Assembly: GCA_028286245.1 (NCBI GenBank)
Contig: JAQBRY010000002.1
Location: 142,779 to 206,778 of the forward strand
Length of the DNA stretch: 64,000 nt
Source of the DNA: Candidatus Saccharimonadota bacterium
Lineage (GTDB): Bacteria > Patescibacteriota > Saccharimonadia > Saccharimonadales > UBA4665
Direction of reading: 5' to 3'
Of the stretch, positions 9,594 through 19,239 are shown piece after piece; positions within the stretch are counted from its first letter, which is position 1; each line of letters opens with the position of its first letter. Under the pieces are notes generated by a model. It saw only the letters and a program-made list of their open reading frames with translations, searched no databases and had not been told where the DNA came from. A program made the position numbers and the translations under genes.

Positions 9594-11307
9594 TGCTCTT
9601 AGTGGCTGCCGGCGTGGGATCAGCGATAGTAATACTTATTTTGGAAGCTTTCTTGGGTACCGAGGTAACAAAGAACGGACTCAGTTTAACCTGAACATCG
9701 GTAACTCCAGGGTTAGACTCTAGGAGGCTTTTAACTTCACCACCCTTTTTACCAGCCACCTGCTGTTTAAGTTGATCGACCGTTAGGTCGGGTCCGGCCG
9801 TTACTACCGTTTGCAGTCCAAGATCAGCTTTGTCGGCTGCGTTATCTATGACCGTAAACTGCGCATTATCGAGGCCACGGCTGAGAATGTTCTGCTTAGA
9901 ACTATCAATTTGGGATTTGGCTGCGTTATCGATGACCGCATTAATATCTGACTCTTTGGCACCAAACATAGTGTAGGTAACCGTTTGGGTGACCGTAACG
10001 GTATCGGCGGTCGTACCGGCTTCAACGCTGCTGGTGATTGCCGGTGTACCCGCCAAGAATGTATCAGTGACAGCATAAAGTCCCTGATCTTGCAGCTGGC
10101 GCAGCAGTTGCTGCTTAATGGAGCTGTCGGTGGCAGTTAGTTTTTGCTTGGCAGAATCGATGTCTGACTGTGTAACGACTTTGGTTATATCGTCGGTACC
10201 GCCATCAACTGGGTTATCGGCAGTTGCCTTAACGTCCGAGGAGTTGTAATCGGTGCCGCTCACCACGGTAAAGCTGGCGCCCGCCGCTAGGTTAGAGTCA
10301 GTACCAGCCTTGATGGCTACAATTTTTGTATCCTGGCTATAGATGTTTGAGAACTGGCTTGGATTACACTTATTACCCACTTTTACACTGGTAAGCGTAA
10401 CGGCACTCTGGGTGATATAGGTTTGGCCGTTTGAGCTGACACCACTGCCGCTGGGAATAGTAACCGTATCTTTGTTACAGCCGGTGAGCGCAATAGTAAC
10501 GCTACCGCTGGCCTTGAGGCCATTATTCTTTTGGCCGGTGGCAGGAGCTGCCTGAGTGGCAGTCTTTTGCTGGGAAACAACCTTAGCCGGCACTAAGCCA
10601 TCGCTGGCGCTCACGGTGGTAGCCGCTGTGCTTAGCGTAACATTGGAGCGCACGTTAAGACTGGTAGCATTAGTAGTAACCGAGATTTGTGCCTTAGGCA
10701 GTACGTTAAAGGCTAGGACCGCGCCGCCAATAAGCAGAATCAATACAACTGCGCCCAAAATAAGTAGGAGCCGAAAGCGCTCAAAGTTTGGTATTGCTAA
10801 TTTTTTATTCTTCTTGGGCTTTTTGGCATCGCCTTTTGAGGGGACTGCGGCGGCTACCGGCGCATCATCATCGAGTTGGACCGTTTCTACATCATCGGCC
10901 GATACTGGCGCTGCAGCCAGCGCTGCGGCGGCTACCGGCGCTACTGCGGCATCAGCGTCGGATAGTTGCACGGGCTCATCTTCGTCAATGGTCTCTTCGC
11001 GGTCAAAGTCAGTTTGCGGAGCCATGGGAATTTCCGGCTTGGACTGCGGCGTTTTGGCCACGTGCAGACCAACCGCACCGGCCAGTGGCAGCAGCCCGGC
11101 TTCGCTAGTGATAAGCACTAAATTCTTTTTACTCTCGTCGGCGCTGCGCTTAAGCAGCTTCATGTTAACAATGCTTTGGAGTACGCTGGCACGCTTTGGC
11201 AACACAAGGGCCACGACCTTACCGTCGCTGGCTCGTACCTTGTCGATGATACCGGTGATTTCTTCATCGATATCTATGTAGATAGTGTCTTTACTTGTCG
11301 CTGCCAT
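9574..11307 (-). CDS. conserved bitopic membrane protein, 577 aa, function unknown
   Basis: A ~95-aa cytoplasmic N-domain, an acidic Ala-rich linker, one TM helix (FRLLLILGAVVLILLIGGAVLAF), and a ~380-aa Thr/Ser-rich extracytoplasmic region. Overlaps the ruvX start by 20 nt. Confidence 0.7.
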   Translation of the reverse strand: MAATSKDTIYIDIDEEITGIIDKVRASDGKVVALVLPKRASVLQSIVNMKLLKRSADESKKNLVLITSEAGLLPLAGAVGLHVAKTPQSKPEIPMAPQTDFDREETIDEDEPVQLSDADAAVAPVAAAALAAAPVSADDVETVQLDDDAPVAAAVPSKGDAKKPKKNKKLAIPNFERFRLLLILGAVVLILLIGGAVLAFNVLPKAQISVTTNATSLNVRSNVTLSTAATTVSASDGLVPAKVVSQQKTATQAAPATGQKNNGLKASGSVTIALTGCNKDTVTIPSGSGVSSNGQTYITQSAVTLTSVKVGNKCNPSQFSNIYSQDTKIVAIKAGTDSNLAAGASFTVVSGTDYNSSDVKATADNPVDGGTDDITKVVTQSDIDSAKQKLTATDSSIKQQLLRQLQDQGLYAVTDTFLAGTPAITSSVEAGTTADTVTVTQTVTYTMFGAKESDINAVIDNAAKSQIDSSKQNILSRGLDNAQFTVIDNAADKADLGLQTVVTAGPDLTVDQLKQQVAGKKGGEVKSLLESNPGVTDVQVKLSPFFVTSVPKKASKISITIADPTPAATKSNATSNP

Positions 11308-11374
11308 AGCCTATGCTTCCTTAGCTGATAGATAATCGATTTGACCGTTTGGTGTTAGCCTTATCATACCGTAT

Positions 11375-12706
11375 TTATACGCTTAACATTTTATCAATTT
11401 TGTCACGGAACGATTTGCTGCCACCGCTAAACTGGAGTGTGTCCATACCAACGCGCAGCAGCCCCAGTGCCGTAATAAAAGTATGGTCAGTTACTTTGCC
11501 GGTGGTATCGGTGATCCCGGCGACCTGATCCGGGCGAATGTGATGGATGGTTGGCTTACGAGTAAACGGCAGGTTTTTATACCAAGCTGCTTGCTCAAGG
11601 CGGTCGGTAAGTAAATCAAGCGACGAACCGCCTCCACACAGGAACATCCGGTGCGGCAGGTGGTCAAGTTTTGTAAATTCGGCCAGTGCCAGTTCAATAC
11701 CGGTCACCCAGGTATCGGCAGTTTTACCGAGGGCGTCTTCTATGGGTTTGCGCTTAGCGGCCGCAACTTTGTTGGTGCTCAGGCCTAGTTTGAGGTTTTC
11801 GGCTTCTTCAAAATCAACACTCAGCTCGCGCTCAACAGCACGGGTGTAGGCCCGGCCACCGATACCGAACATCTTGGTACCCTGCACGCCACCGTCGTTA
11901 ATAACAGCAATGTCGGTGGTACCACCACCAACGTCCATAAGAATGGCGCTCAAGTTTTGGTTAGGATTATTACCAATGATCGCCCGGGCCACTGCAAACG
12001 GTTCGGCGGCAACGGCCAAAAGATCAAGGTCAAGTTCCTGGGCGGTTTTTTCGAGGGCACCGATGTGGATCAGCGGAGCAAAAGCCGTGTAGAGCTGCAC
12101 CACTACGTCCTTGCCCTGGAAGCCAATAGGGTTAGTAATTGGATAGCCGTCAATTTCGATACTAACGAGGGCGCTGTTTACTAGCCGCACGTCGACGCTC
12201 TTGCCGCCAAGTTCCCAGGCCAATTCCTGCTTGGCTCGAGTTTCGGCTCGCTCTTGCACGAGGGCAATAATTTTTTCCATCTCAACCACGTCAAGGGGTT
12301 TGGTGGGCGTCTTGCGAGCCACCCGGACAGTGGTAGTAGTACCTTTAACGAGCTCGCCGGCAATACCGATAATTGCCGTACGGACGCTAACCCCGGCCTG
12401 CGTCTCGGCTTCGTTGAGCGCCTGGTCGCAGTTATCCACCACGCTGGCGATGTCGGCAATGGCACCGGCTTGCATGTCGGTAAGGCTCTGATGGGCCCGG
12501 CCAACACCTACTACCTCAATGGTGGCATCTTCTTTTGATACCTTGCCAACCAGTGCTTTTACAAACTCAGTACCGATGTCGAGAGCGACAATATATTGGT
12601 CATCGGATTTACCGGCTCGCTTTTTAACATTGGCGGAAGCTTTATTAGCACTATCGAGGGCACGCTGGGCAGCCGTGAAGCCGGCAGCTTTAAATTTATC
12701 AAGCAT
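11375..12706 (-). CDS. ftsA: actin-like ATPase, FtsA-like cell division protein
   Basis: Contains ALDIGTEFVKALVG, DVGGGTTDIAV and LCGGGS, the phosphate-1, phosphate-2 and adenosine motifs of the actin/Hsp70 fold. TGGTAAAAT lies 7 nt upstream of the ATG at 12706. Alternative ATG at 12712. The track's extension to 12823 was rejected. Confidence 0.75.
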   Translation of the reverse strand: MLDKFKAAGFTAAQRALDSANKASANVKKRAGKSDDQYIVALDIGTEFVKALVGKVSKEDATIEVVGVGRAHQSLTDMQAGAIADIASVVDNCDQALNEAETQAGVSVRTAIIGIAGELVKGTTTTVRVARKTPTKPLDVVEMEKIIALVQERAETRAKQELAWELGGKSVDVRLVNSALVSIEIDGYPITNPIGFQGKDVVVQLYTAFAPLIHIGALEKTAQELDLDLLAVAAEPFAVARAIIGNNPNQNLSAILMDVGGGTTDIAVINDGGVQGTKMFGIGGRAYTRAVERELSVDFEEAENLKLGLSTNKVAAAKRKPIEDALGKTADTWVTGIELALAEFTKLDHLPHRMFLCGGGSSLDLLTDRLEQAAWYKNLPFTRKPTIHHIRPDQVAGITDTTGKVTDHTFITALGLLRVGMDTLQFSGGSKSFRDKIDKMLSV

Positions 12707-12798
12707 ATGCATTATTTTACCATAGCTCACCTGAGGAAGTAGTAATAATGCACAGACTGATTGACTAAGAATTAATAATATTTTAATATTTAGATAAT

Positions 12799-13959
12799 AT
12801 GGCTGCTCACGAATCCGGTCCACTACCTAGTATGGCAATGTTATCCGAGATGACTCCAGAGGAGCACGCATCACTAGAAGCTATCGAACTCTATGACACT
12901 GTAGCCGGACTACTCGGGACGGGTGATACCTACAATATGAAAACTGGGCTGCCAAATCCCGACATTGTGCTAATGTTTATAGAACAGTTTCATCAAGTCT
13001 GCCGTACCAAGGCGACAGGCAGTGTGGTGATCCCCGAAATCTATGGCCTACCAGAGGATATCGCGGAAAACTGGAACCGCAGTGAACTTATTTTTCCACA
13101 GGCACTAGTAGCTTCCGACGCTACCACCATCGAATATCTACTCGCCGAAAAGGGAGCGGCAATGATACCGGCTTATAGTTTGGACTTTGAAATTACGCAT
13201 AGCCAAATACCTAATCAACCATCGGAAGCAAGCATACATTTACGCGACAAATCGAGTGGCGTCGGCATTGTCATTACCAAGGACAACAGCCGGGAAAAAG
13301 TAAGTTTTGCCATCTGTAGTGAAGCAGGCGCACCGGTCGGTTACATGCAACTCCAAGATATGATATTGCTACTCAATACTTTGATACGCGACCCTGCCGG
13401 TGATCCGGTAACCGAAAAGCCTGATGATAAGACCATCGATGCCCTGTTCGAAGAACTTGGCAGTACCCATGGCGTCTCCCGGCGCCAGTATTTAATGACA
13501 CACGATCTATACCCGCAAGACGGTGAGGACGGTGCCGAGGTTTTTGGGGCCGTGCTCTATACAGAAACCGGATCCACTGCCGAATCAGAACGATCGATGA
13601 TTGTTGAGCGTCATCGGCGAGATCATGAGCGAGATGCCGACGTAGTATCAAGGTGGATGATCAACTCCCTAAGCAGCGATCTCCAGGCTGCTAAACCGCC
13701 TTCAACCCCTGCCACCATAGCCATGCACGAAGTCGTCTCACGCCCCGCCTCGTACAACGTAGAAATGATCGACTGCTCAAAAGTCCTACCGGGCACTGCT
13801 CACCTGCTCGAACCAGATACGGCACAGCTCAAGCGCTTTGTCTCTACGCTGCAAGAAGTTATAGCTTCGGCCTGCGAGCAATTCCCGCCTCCCGCGCACC
13901 TTGTACCAGACCCAAGTCCGCCGGATGACGGGCCTTTGCTGGTCATAAAACACTATTGA
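12799..13959 (+). CDS. hypothetical protein, 386 aa
   Basis: Long ORF, acidic, with no signal peptide or recognisable motif. Confidence 0.55.
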   Translation: MAAHESGPLPSMAMLSEMTPEEHASLEAIELYDTVAGLLGTGDTYNMKTGLPNPDIVLMFIEQFHQVCRTKATGSVVIPEIYGLPEDIAENWNRSELIFPQALVASDATTIEYLLAEKGAAMIPAYSLDFEITHSQIPNQPSEASIHLRDKSSGVGIVITKDNSREKVSFAICSEAGAPVGYMQLQDMILLLNTLIRDPAGDPVTEKPDDKTIDALFEELGSTHGVSRRQYLMTHDLYPQDGEDGAEVFGAVLYTETGSTAESERSMIVERHRRDHERDADVVSRWMINSLSSDLQAAKPPSTPATIAMHEVVSRPASYNVEMIDCSKVLPGTAHLLEPDTAQLKRFVSTLQEVIASACEQFPPPAHLVPDPSPPDDGPLLVIKHY

Positions 13960-13994
13960 TTTTTATATAATAAAGTTATATAACAGGAAGAGTT

Positions 13995-15041
13995 ATGTAC
14001 GAGCACCTTTCTCCTCCTACCCATATGGATGTTCCTGCTCAGCGGCAGAGCACTGGATATCCGTTGTATGCTCCCGGAGAGCAGGCTCCTGCGGCCCAAG
14101 ATTACGCCCCACCCGTTTCCGAAGATACTGAACCACGGTCTATAGGTCGTAGGCGCTTTCTAAAACTAGCCGTTGGCGGCGCAGCAGTCTGGGCTATGAA
14201 TGACATAGTTGGAGAAGTCGTCTGGTCTGATACGGATACTGCACTCACCACAATAAATAGAGAAACAATCCCCTACTCAACTGATGAAGGTTGGGTAGTT
14301 ATACCCGGATTTGGCAGTCGACATGGGGCCGGTATGGCAGCGTTACTCAGCCAAACGCTCAATCGTAAACAACCGATTGGCTATTTTAACTACGCTACTA
14401 GCGGTCTAAAAATGGATGATATTGTGAGAGAAATGAGCATTTTTGCTGAGCCTTTCGATACCGTGAGTCTTTACGGCCACAGTATGGGCGGTCCGACAGG
14501 GCTAGAGGCTGCTCGGCAAGTTGGGAAACCTCTCAATCGCGTCATCCTTAACTGTAGCCCTTTCTCTATGTTCGATGCCCGTGGCGGAGAAATGAAATAC
14601 CTTGCCGCGCAACTGGCCAAAAAGACACATTATGAAGGTGATTTCGCTAGCACGTACTTGGGAACAGTTAAAACTGATATTGATAGGCATGGATGGAGGA
14701 GCACATTTGGCAGTGTATGGGGCGGCATTGAGAAAACAGCCCACGGGCCTTCGCCTAAACTCGTTACCAGTCAGGGAAAAATGCTAGCAGGGTTCGATTT
14801 ACGCAGCCACCAGGAATCGTATGAGCGCATCATTACTCCTCAAACAGTAGTTCGTTTTGCAGCGCCAGAGAATTTTGGCCGCGATAAGACAGTGAACGAC
14901 TATAGCTCATACATTAACTATTACGATTTCTTTGGACGATTCGGTGTAGAGGTAGAACTGATACGGTATAAGAACGGCTCCCATGCTGATACGCGCCATG
15001 CGCTTGAGGCTTTAAAACCGTATCTTAGACAGCGCTACTAA
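13995..15041 (+). CDS. alpha/beta-fold serine hydrolase with twin-arginine-like signal
   Basis: SIGRRRFLKLAVGGAAVWA (RRRFLK at 14148-14165) matches the Tat consensus S/T-R-R-x-F-L-K. Nucleophile elbow YGHSMGG. Confidence 0.7.
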   Translation: MYEHLSPPTHMDVPAQRQSTGYPLYAPGEQAPAAQDYAPPVSEDTEPRSIGRRRFLKLAVGGAAVWAMNDIVGEVVWSDTDTALTTINRETIPYSTDEGWVVIPGFGSRHGAGMAALLSQTLNRKQPIGYFNYATSGLKMDDIVREMSIFAEPFDTVSLYGHSMGGPTGLEAARQVGKPLNRVILNCSPFSMFDARGGEMKYLAAQLAKKTHYEGDFASTYLGTVKTDIDRHGWRSTFGSVWGGIEKTAHGPSPKLVTSQGKMLAGFDLRSHQESYERIITPQTVVRFAAPENFGRDKTVNDYSSYINYYDFFGRFGVEVELIRYKNGSHADTRHALEALKPYLRQRY

Positions 15042-16085
15042 TTAGATGACAATGCCGCCGCCAACTACCACGTCGTCGTCATAGAGGACGGCTGACTGGC
15101 CTGGAGTAATGGCGCGCACATCGTCCTTAAGTAGCACCACAAACTGGCCGTCGCGGGTTTCTACGCTGCAGTCAACCAGCGCTGCGCGGTAGCGGGTGCG
15201 GACTTTGTAGGCGATTCCCTCGTTGGGAGGCTGGTTGATCCAGTGCAGCGAGGTTAGATTGAGCTCGCGGTGCCAGAGGCGGTCATCTTGCAGGTCGGTG
15301 GTTACAAACACTTCATTCTTGGCCATATCTTTGCCTACGACGTAGTACGGGAGGCCGCCGCCGACGTTCAGGCCATGCCGTTGGCCAATGGTATAAAACA
15401 GCGCGCCGTCATGCTCACCGACCAATTTGCCGTGCTGGTCAATAATTGGCCCATTGGGCTGTTCGCCGAGCTCGGCCAGTAAAAAGTCCTTAATACCGAC
15501 TTTGCCCACAAAGCAGATGCCCTGGCTATCCTTTTTGTCGGCCGTAGCAAGTCCCAGCTCCTTAGCCAGTGCCCGGACGGCTGGTTTTTCCAGCTCGCCA
15601 ATCGGCATTAAGCTGTGGCGGAGGGCTGATTCGGTCACCCGATACAAAAAGTACGACTGATCCTTATTGCCATCAATGCCGGTGAGTAGTTTGCCATCTT
15701 GGCTGCGTGAGTAATGCCCGGTGGCTATCATGTCGGCGCCGTCAGCTAGGGCCGTATCAAGAAAGAGCTTAAACTTTACCTCTTGGTTACACATAATGTC
15801 CGGATTAGGAGTAATGCCCGCCTGATAGCCGGCCACCATGTAATCAACCACGCGCTGGCGATACTCGGTTTCAAAGTCATACATTTTAAAATCAATGCCA
15901 AGCTGCACTGCCACCCGCTTAGCGTCTTGGTAGTCTTCTTGCCAGGGGCAGGTAAAGCCCGGCAGGTCCTGGCTCCAGTTCTTCATGTACACGCCCGTGA
16001 CGTCATAGCCTTGCTGTAGGAGCAAGGCGGCCGTGACCGAACTATCAACACCACCGGACATACCGACATAAACTTTTTTAGACAT
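15042..16085 (-). CDS. mnmA: tRNA 2-thiouridine(34) synthase MnmA
   Basis: PP-loop VGMSGGVDSSV at the N-terminus. Full-length collinear MnmA-like sequence, including CNQEVKF and GICFVG. Confidence 0.95.
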   Translation of the reverse strand: MSKKVYVGMSGGVDSSVTAALLLQQGYDVTGVYMKNWSQDLPGFTCPWQEDYQDAKRVAVQLGIDFKMYDFETEYRQRVVDYMVAGYQAGITPNPDIMCNQEVKFKLFLDTALADGADMIATGHYSRSQDGKLLTGIDGNKDQSYFLYRVTESALRHSLMPIGELEKPAVRALAKELGLATADKKDSQGICFVGKVGIKDFLLAELGEQPNGPIIDQHGKLVGEHDGALFYTIGQRHGLNVGGGLPYYVVGKDMAKNEVFVTTDLQDDRLWHRELNLTSLHWINQPPNEGIAYKVRTRYRAALVDCSVETRDGQFVVLLKDDVRAITPGQSAVLYDDDVVVGGGIVI

Positions 16086-16121
16086 AGTTACCCTATTTTA
16101 GCAAAAATTAGGCAGTTTAGC

Positions 16122-17036
16122 CTAGCTAGCTTTACTACGACTCTTCTCGAGCTGCCTTCGCAGCGTGTAGAGCTCGTGGCGGCGACCAATAAAAAATGCG
16201 GCCACAATCAGCGGCAGCATCAGGAATAATGGCCAAATAAGTATCTTGGCCTTAGGGGTTGTGCCGCCGCTAGGCGATGCAGACCCACTACCCGACTGGG
16301 TAACTTTGCCGTTAGAAATGCCCACTAGCTGTAAGTAGGCCGTGCCGCCGTTAGCGTCGGTGATTTTAATGATAATTTTGTAAACACCGGCGGATTTATA
16401 AGAGTGTTTAATGTCAAAACTGCCGGCAAACGACTGGCTTTGTAAGTCCGGAGCACTGCCGTCTCCCCAGTCAATGCTAACAGCGTACGGTCCGGCGCCG
16501 CCACTCAAAATAATTGGCCAGGTCAACACCTGGCCAGGGTCGGCACCGCGCTTTGCATAGATACTACTTAGTGACACATGGGTACCAAACTGAATAAACT
16601 GCTGGTCATTAAAGGTCACCGTGACCGAATTAGAATCGGGCCCCTGCTGGTCCAGCGAGTCGTAAATCCGGGCTACGATTTCGTTTTGGTTACTAAAAAG
16701 ATCCACTTGTATAGAGTAACTGCCGGTTTCACACTGCGCCGAGCCCACAAATACATTGTTAGCAAATATCTTTACCAGTAGGCCCTTAGGGCAGAGGCCG
16801 GAGACGGTAATAGGTACGCTCCCAAAAACCGCACCGTTTGTAGGCGACGATATGGAGGCTGCCTGCTTGGGAGGGTCAGAAGATATCTTGCCCTCAAGCC
16901 CAATTGAGCCGGTACCCGGGTTTACGGGCGGGGTTGCGGCCAATGAACTAAGGGGCGTAATGACGAGCACGAGGGCAAGCACGCACAAACTCAACCATAG
17001 CTGCAGGCGGGACGGAGCGGGAACCAGGCGTTTCAT
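16122..17036 (-). CDS. secreted PKD-like domain protein with C-terminal membrane anchor
   Basis: Signal peptide. PKD-like YAVSIDWGDGS...YKIIIKITDANG. C-terminal TM helix followed by a basic tail. Confidence 0.65.
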   Translation of the reverse strand: MKRLVPAPSRLQLWLSLCVLALVLVITPLSSLAATPPVNPGTGSIGLEGKISSDPPKQAASISSPTNGAVFGSVPITVSGLCPKGLLVKIFANNVFVGSAQCETGSYSIQVDLFSNQNEIVARIYDSLDQQGPDSNSVTVTFNDQQFIQFGTHVSLSSIYAKRGADPGQVLTWPIILSGGAGPYAVSIDWGDGSAPDLQSQSFAGSFDIKHSYKSAGVYKIIIKITDANGGTAYLQLVGISNGKVTQSGSGSASPSGGTTPKAKILIWPLFLMLPLIVAAFFIGRRHELYTLRRQLEKSRSKAS

Positions 17037-17071
17037 AGTCTAAGCATAACCTTATTGGTAGTTAGCAGCAA

Positions 17072-18061
17072 TTAGCGGCGGCGGCTGGCTTGGCGGATAA
17101 TCCGCTGGTTGTAGCGGCGGATTAAGCGTGGGAGGCCGAATATCAGGAAGACAATCAGGGCAGCCAAAACTATAAACAGGGCTATTAAGGCAGTTGGAAT
17201 AACATAAAAGGTAGTACTGGCACTCAACAACTGACCGTTTGAACCATAGCCAAAGTTACCTTCTAATTTGTAGATACCAAATGAGCCAACCTTGTTAAGA
17301 GGGATGGTAAACTTGCGAATACTGTCCGGCAAAACGTTGCCCCGGGGAGTAGTGTTATTGATTTCGTACTGATCAAGGATTTTACCCGAACGGTTCTTAA
17401 GTAAGATTTTGCCGAAAGGCTGCTCCTGGATGTTTCCCTCGTTACGGAAACGAACAACGGCATCAATACCCTTATTGCTTGTAAACAAGCTCTTGGCGTC
17501 GTCTTTGCGGCGGGTGTCAAAACTTGCAAGATTGAGCTGGCTTTTAACATCACCGGATACTCGAACCAAGATCAAAGAACCGACACTGCCTGCCAGGTAC
17601 ACATTCTTACCGGCCGGATCGGCGTCGGCTGGCGCAAAGAGCACAGAGCCGTAGTAACCACCACCGGCAGCGTTAGCCGGGATTTTGATGGTAACCGGTA
17701 TAGAGCGCTGTTCGCCGGGCTGTAAAGAAAATTTAGGAATAGCCTGTACGTACTGGCGAAGACTGTGCTTAAGAGAAGCCGAAGCCCCGTCACGCACAAT
17801 GGCCGGCTGGCCACTTTCGTCACTGCTGGCTGCAAAGTCGTTAACAACCGCTTGCAGGTCAGATTTAGCAGTCGTGACGTTTGTAACGGTGATGTTAACC
17901 ACCTCGGACTTGCCAGGATCAATAGTAAGTTCAGTTCGGACCGGAGAAACGCGAAGGCCATTGCCACCTGCTGCCTTGGCAGTGCCGGTTACGCCACTAC
18001 CCAGTACGACGGCTAGTGTCAGCAAGAGTGCCGTTGGCCGCCATATTTTATTAAACTGCAT
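17072..18061 (-). CDS. DUF916/DUF3324-like (CscA / WxL-interacting-protein-like) surface protein with C-terminal TM anchor
   Basis: Signal peptide and two Ig-like beta modules: LRVSPVRTELTIDPGKSEVVNITVTNVT...IPANAAGGGYYGSVLF, then VVRFRNEGNIQEQPFGKILLKNRSGK. Terminal TM helix plus an RRYNQRIIRQASRRR tail. AAGGGGA RBS. Confidence 0.6.
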   Translation of the reverse strand: MQFNKIWRPTALLLTLAVVLGSGVTGTAKAAGGNGLRVSPVRTELTIDPGKSEVVNITVTNVTTAKSDLQAVVNDFAASSDESGQPAIVRDGASASLKHSLRQYVQAIPKFSLQPGEQRSIPVTIKIPANAAGGGYYGSVLFAPADADPAGKNVYLAGSVGSLILVRVSGDVKSQLNLASFDTRRKDDAKSLFTSNKGIDAVVRFRNEGNIQEQPFGKILLKNRSGKILDQYEINNTTPRGNVLPDSIRKFTIPLNKVGSFGIYKLEGNFGYGSNGQLLSASTTFYVIPTALIALFIVLAALIVFLIFGLPRLIRRYNQRIIRQASRRR

Positions 18062-18166
18062 GTCTGTTTTCCCCTTATGTTTTGCTTAGCACTATAGTAT
18101 CAAATCAGTTACTCTTTGCCAATACAGAAACCTCATAAAACAGCTTCTAAGTGCGTATGTCAAACA

Positions 18167-19228
18167 TTAAAAGTTAGCTAGGCAGGTATAGGTAACGGTG
18201 CTCACATACACGCCCGGCGCCTGAGTTTTTGGAATATTTACGATGTAACTAGCCGTATAGCGGCGAATATCATCCGGTTTATTAACGCTCACCAGCGTAT
18301 CTCCCGGCGTAAACTTATAAAAATTTGGTTGGCCGTAATTTGTTACCGGCGATGCCAGGCCGGGGCCGCCCGGATCAGTACCGCCAGCCGGCGAGCTATT
18401 AGCCCGCAGATTTAAGCCAAACTGTGAATTCCCGCTCCGCGATACATCCGCCGTATCGAGCGGGCTAATAACGTTGTTACCACTGGTAAGGGTTGTCCCG
18501 CTCACAAAAATATTGTAGCCGTCGCGCGCGTTGGTAGCAGTCAATAGCTGAGAGGTTCCTTGATTAGCATGGGTGGACGACAGCTCGCCAAAATCAACAT
18601 AGTTACCATTGGCACTAGAACAATTTAAAGAGGCAATAGTGGCACCCACACAAAAAATAATATAGGGCGGTACTTCTGCGCTAATAGCCAGGTTGGCATT
18701 AATGGCAATAACAATAGCACCGTAATCGTTGGCTACTCCCGTGCCGTCGGCAGAAGCATAGGTTTGTAAACGCACAAAATACGATCCGGTGATAGAGGGG
18801 TTGTGAATAGCATCAAAGGTGTAGCTCACCGGTCCGGCAGTTGCTGTCGCCGGCGTACGTCCGATAACAATTTTATTGGCTGTAGAACCGCTAGTAACCG
18901 TAAACCCCGTTTGCCCCGATTGGGCAGACAGACTGGCAGCGCTAGCATCCAAGCCGGTAGGAGCGGTGCACGGGTCGGTCACAAACGGACTGTTTGTACA
19001 GTATTCAACTGCAACAGAACCGAGTACGCCAATTGATGTCAGGCGAAATGATAATTTTTGACTACCCACGCCGTCAACAATACTAGTGCTCAGTGTCATC
19101 GAGCGCTGACCTAATTGGGCACCATTAACAGGGGCTGAAAGCACCCTTACCGCCAGTAGTAATACTACGAGGGCGGTAAGGACTACAACAGGCTTATGCA
19201 GCAATGTTTTGGTGAGGGGTTGGCTCAT
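18167..19228 (-). CDS. secreted beta-rich WxL-like surface protein, 353 aa
   Basis: Signal peptide. Paralogous to the 19240-20478 product (shared C-x-N-x4-D-x-C-T-x-P-T, TY(A/S), FCVG). WxL-domain-like VDFGEL...NARDGYNIFVSG...QFGLNL. Ends in YVSTVTYTCLANF. Confidence 0.6.
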   Translation of the reverse strand: MSQPLTKTLLHKPVVVLTALVVLLLAVRVLSAPVNGAQLGQRSMTLSTSIVDGVGSQKLSFRLTSIGVLGSVAVEYCTNSPFVTDPCTAPTGLDASAASLSAQSGQTGFTVTSGSTANKIVIGRTPATATAGPVSYTFDAIHNPSITGSYFVRLQTYASADGTGVANDYGAIVIAINANLAISAEVPPYIIFCVGATIASLNCSSANGNYVDFGELSSTHANQGTSQLLTATNARDGYNIFVSGTTLTSGNNVISPLDTADVSRSGNSQFGLNLRANSSPAGGTDPGGPGLASPVTNYGQPNFYKFTPGDTLVSVNKPDDIRRYTASYIVNIPKTQAPGVYVSTVTYTCLANF

Positions 19229-19239
19229 TCATTCGTAGC

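Noticed and set aside
10556-11281. 241-aa and 106-aa plus-strand ORFs
   Set aside because: They are antisense to the well-supported 577-aa membrane protein gene. The products are Ser/Ala/Thr-rich, have no start context, and look like shadows of a GC-rich third-codon pattern.
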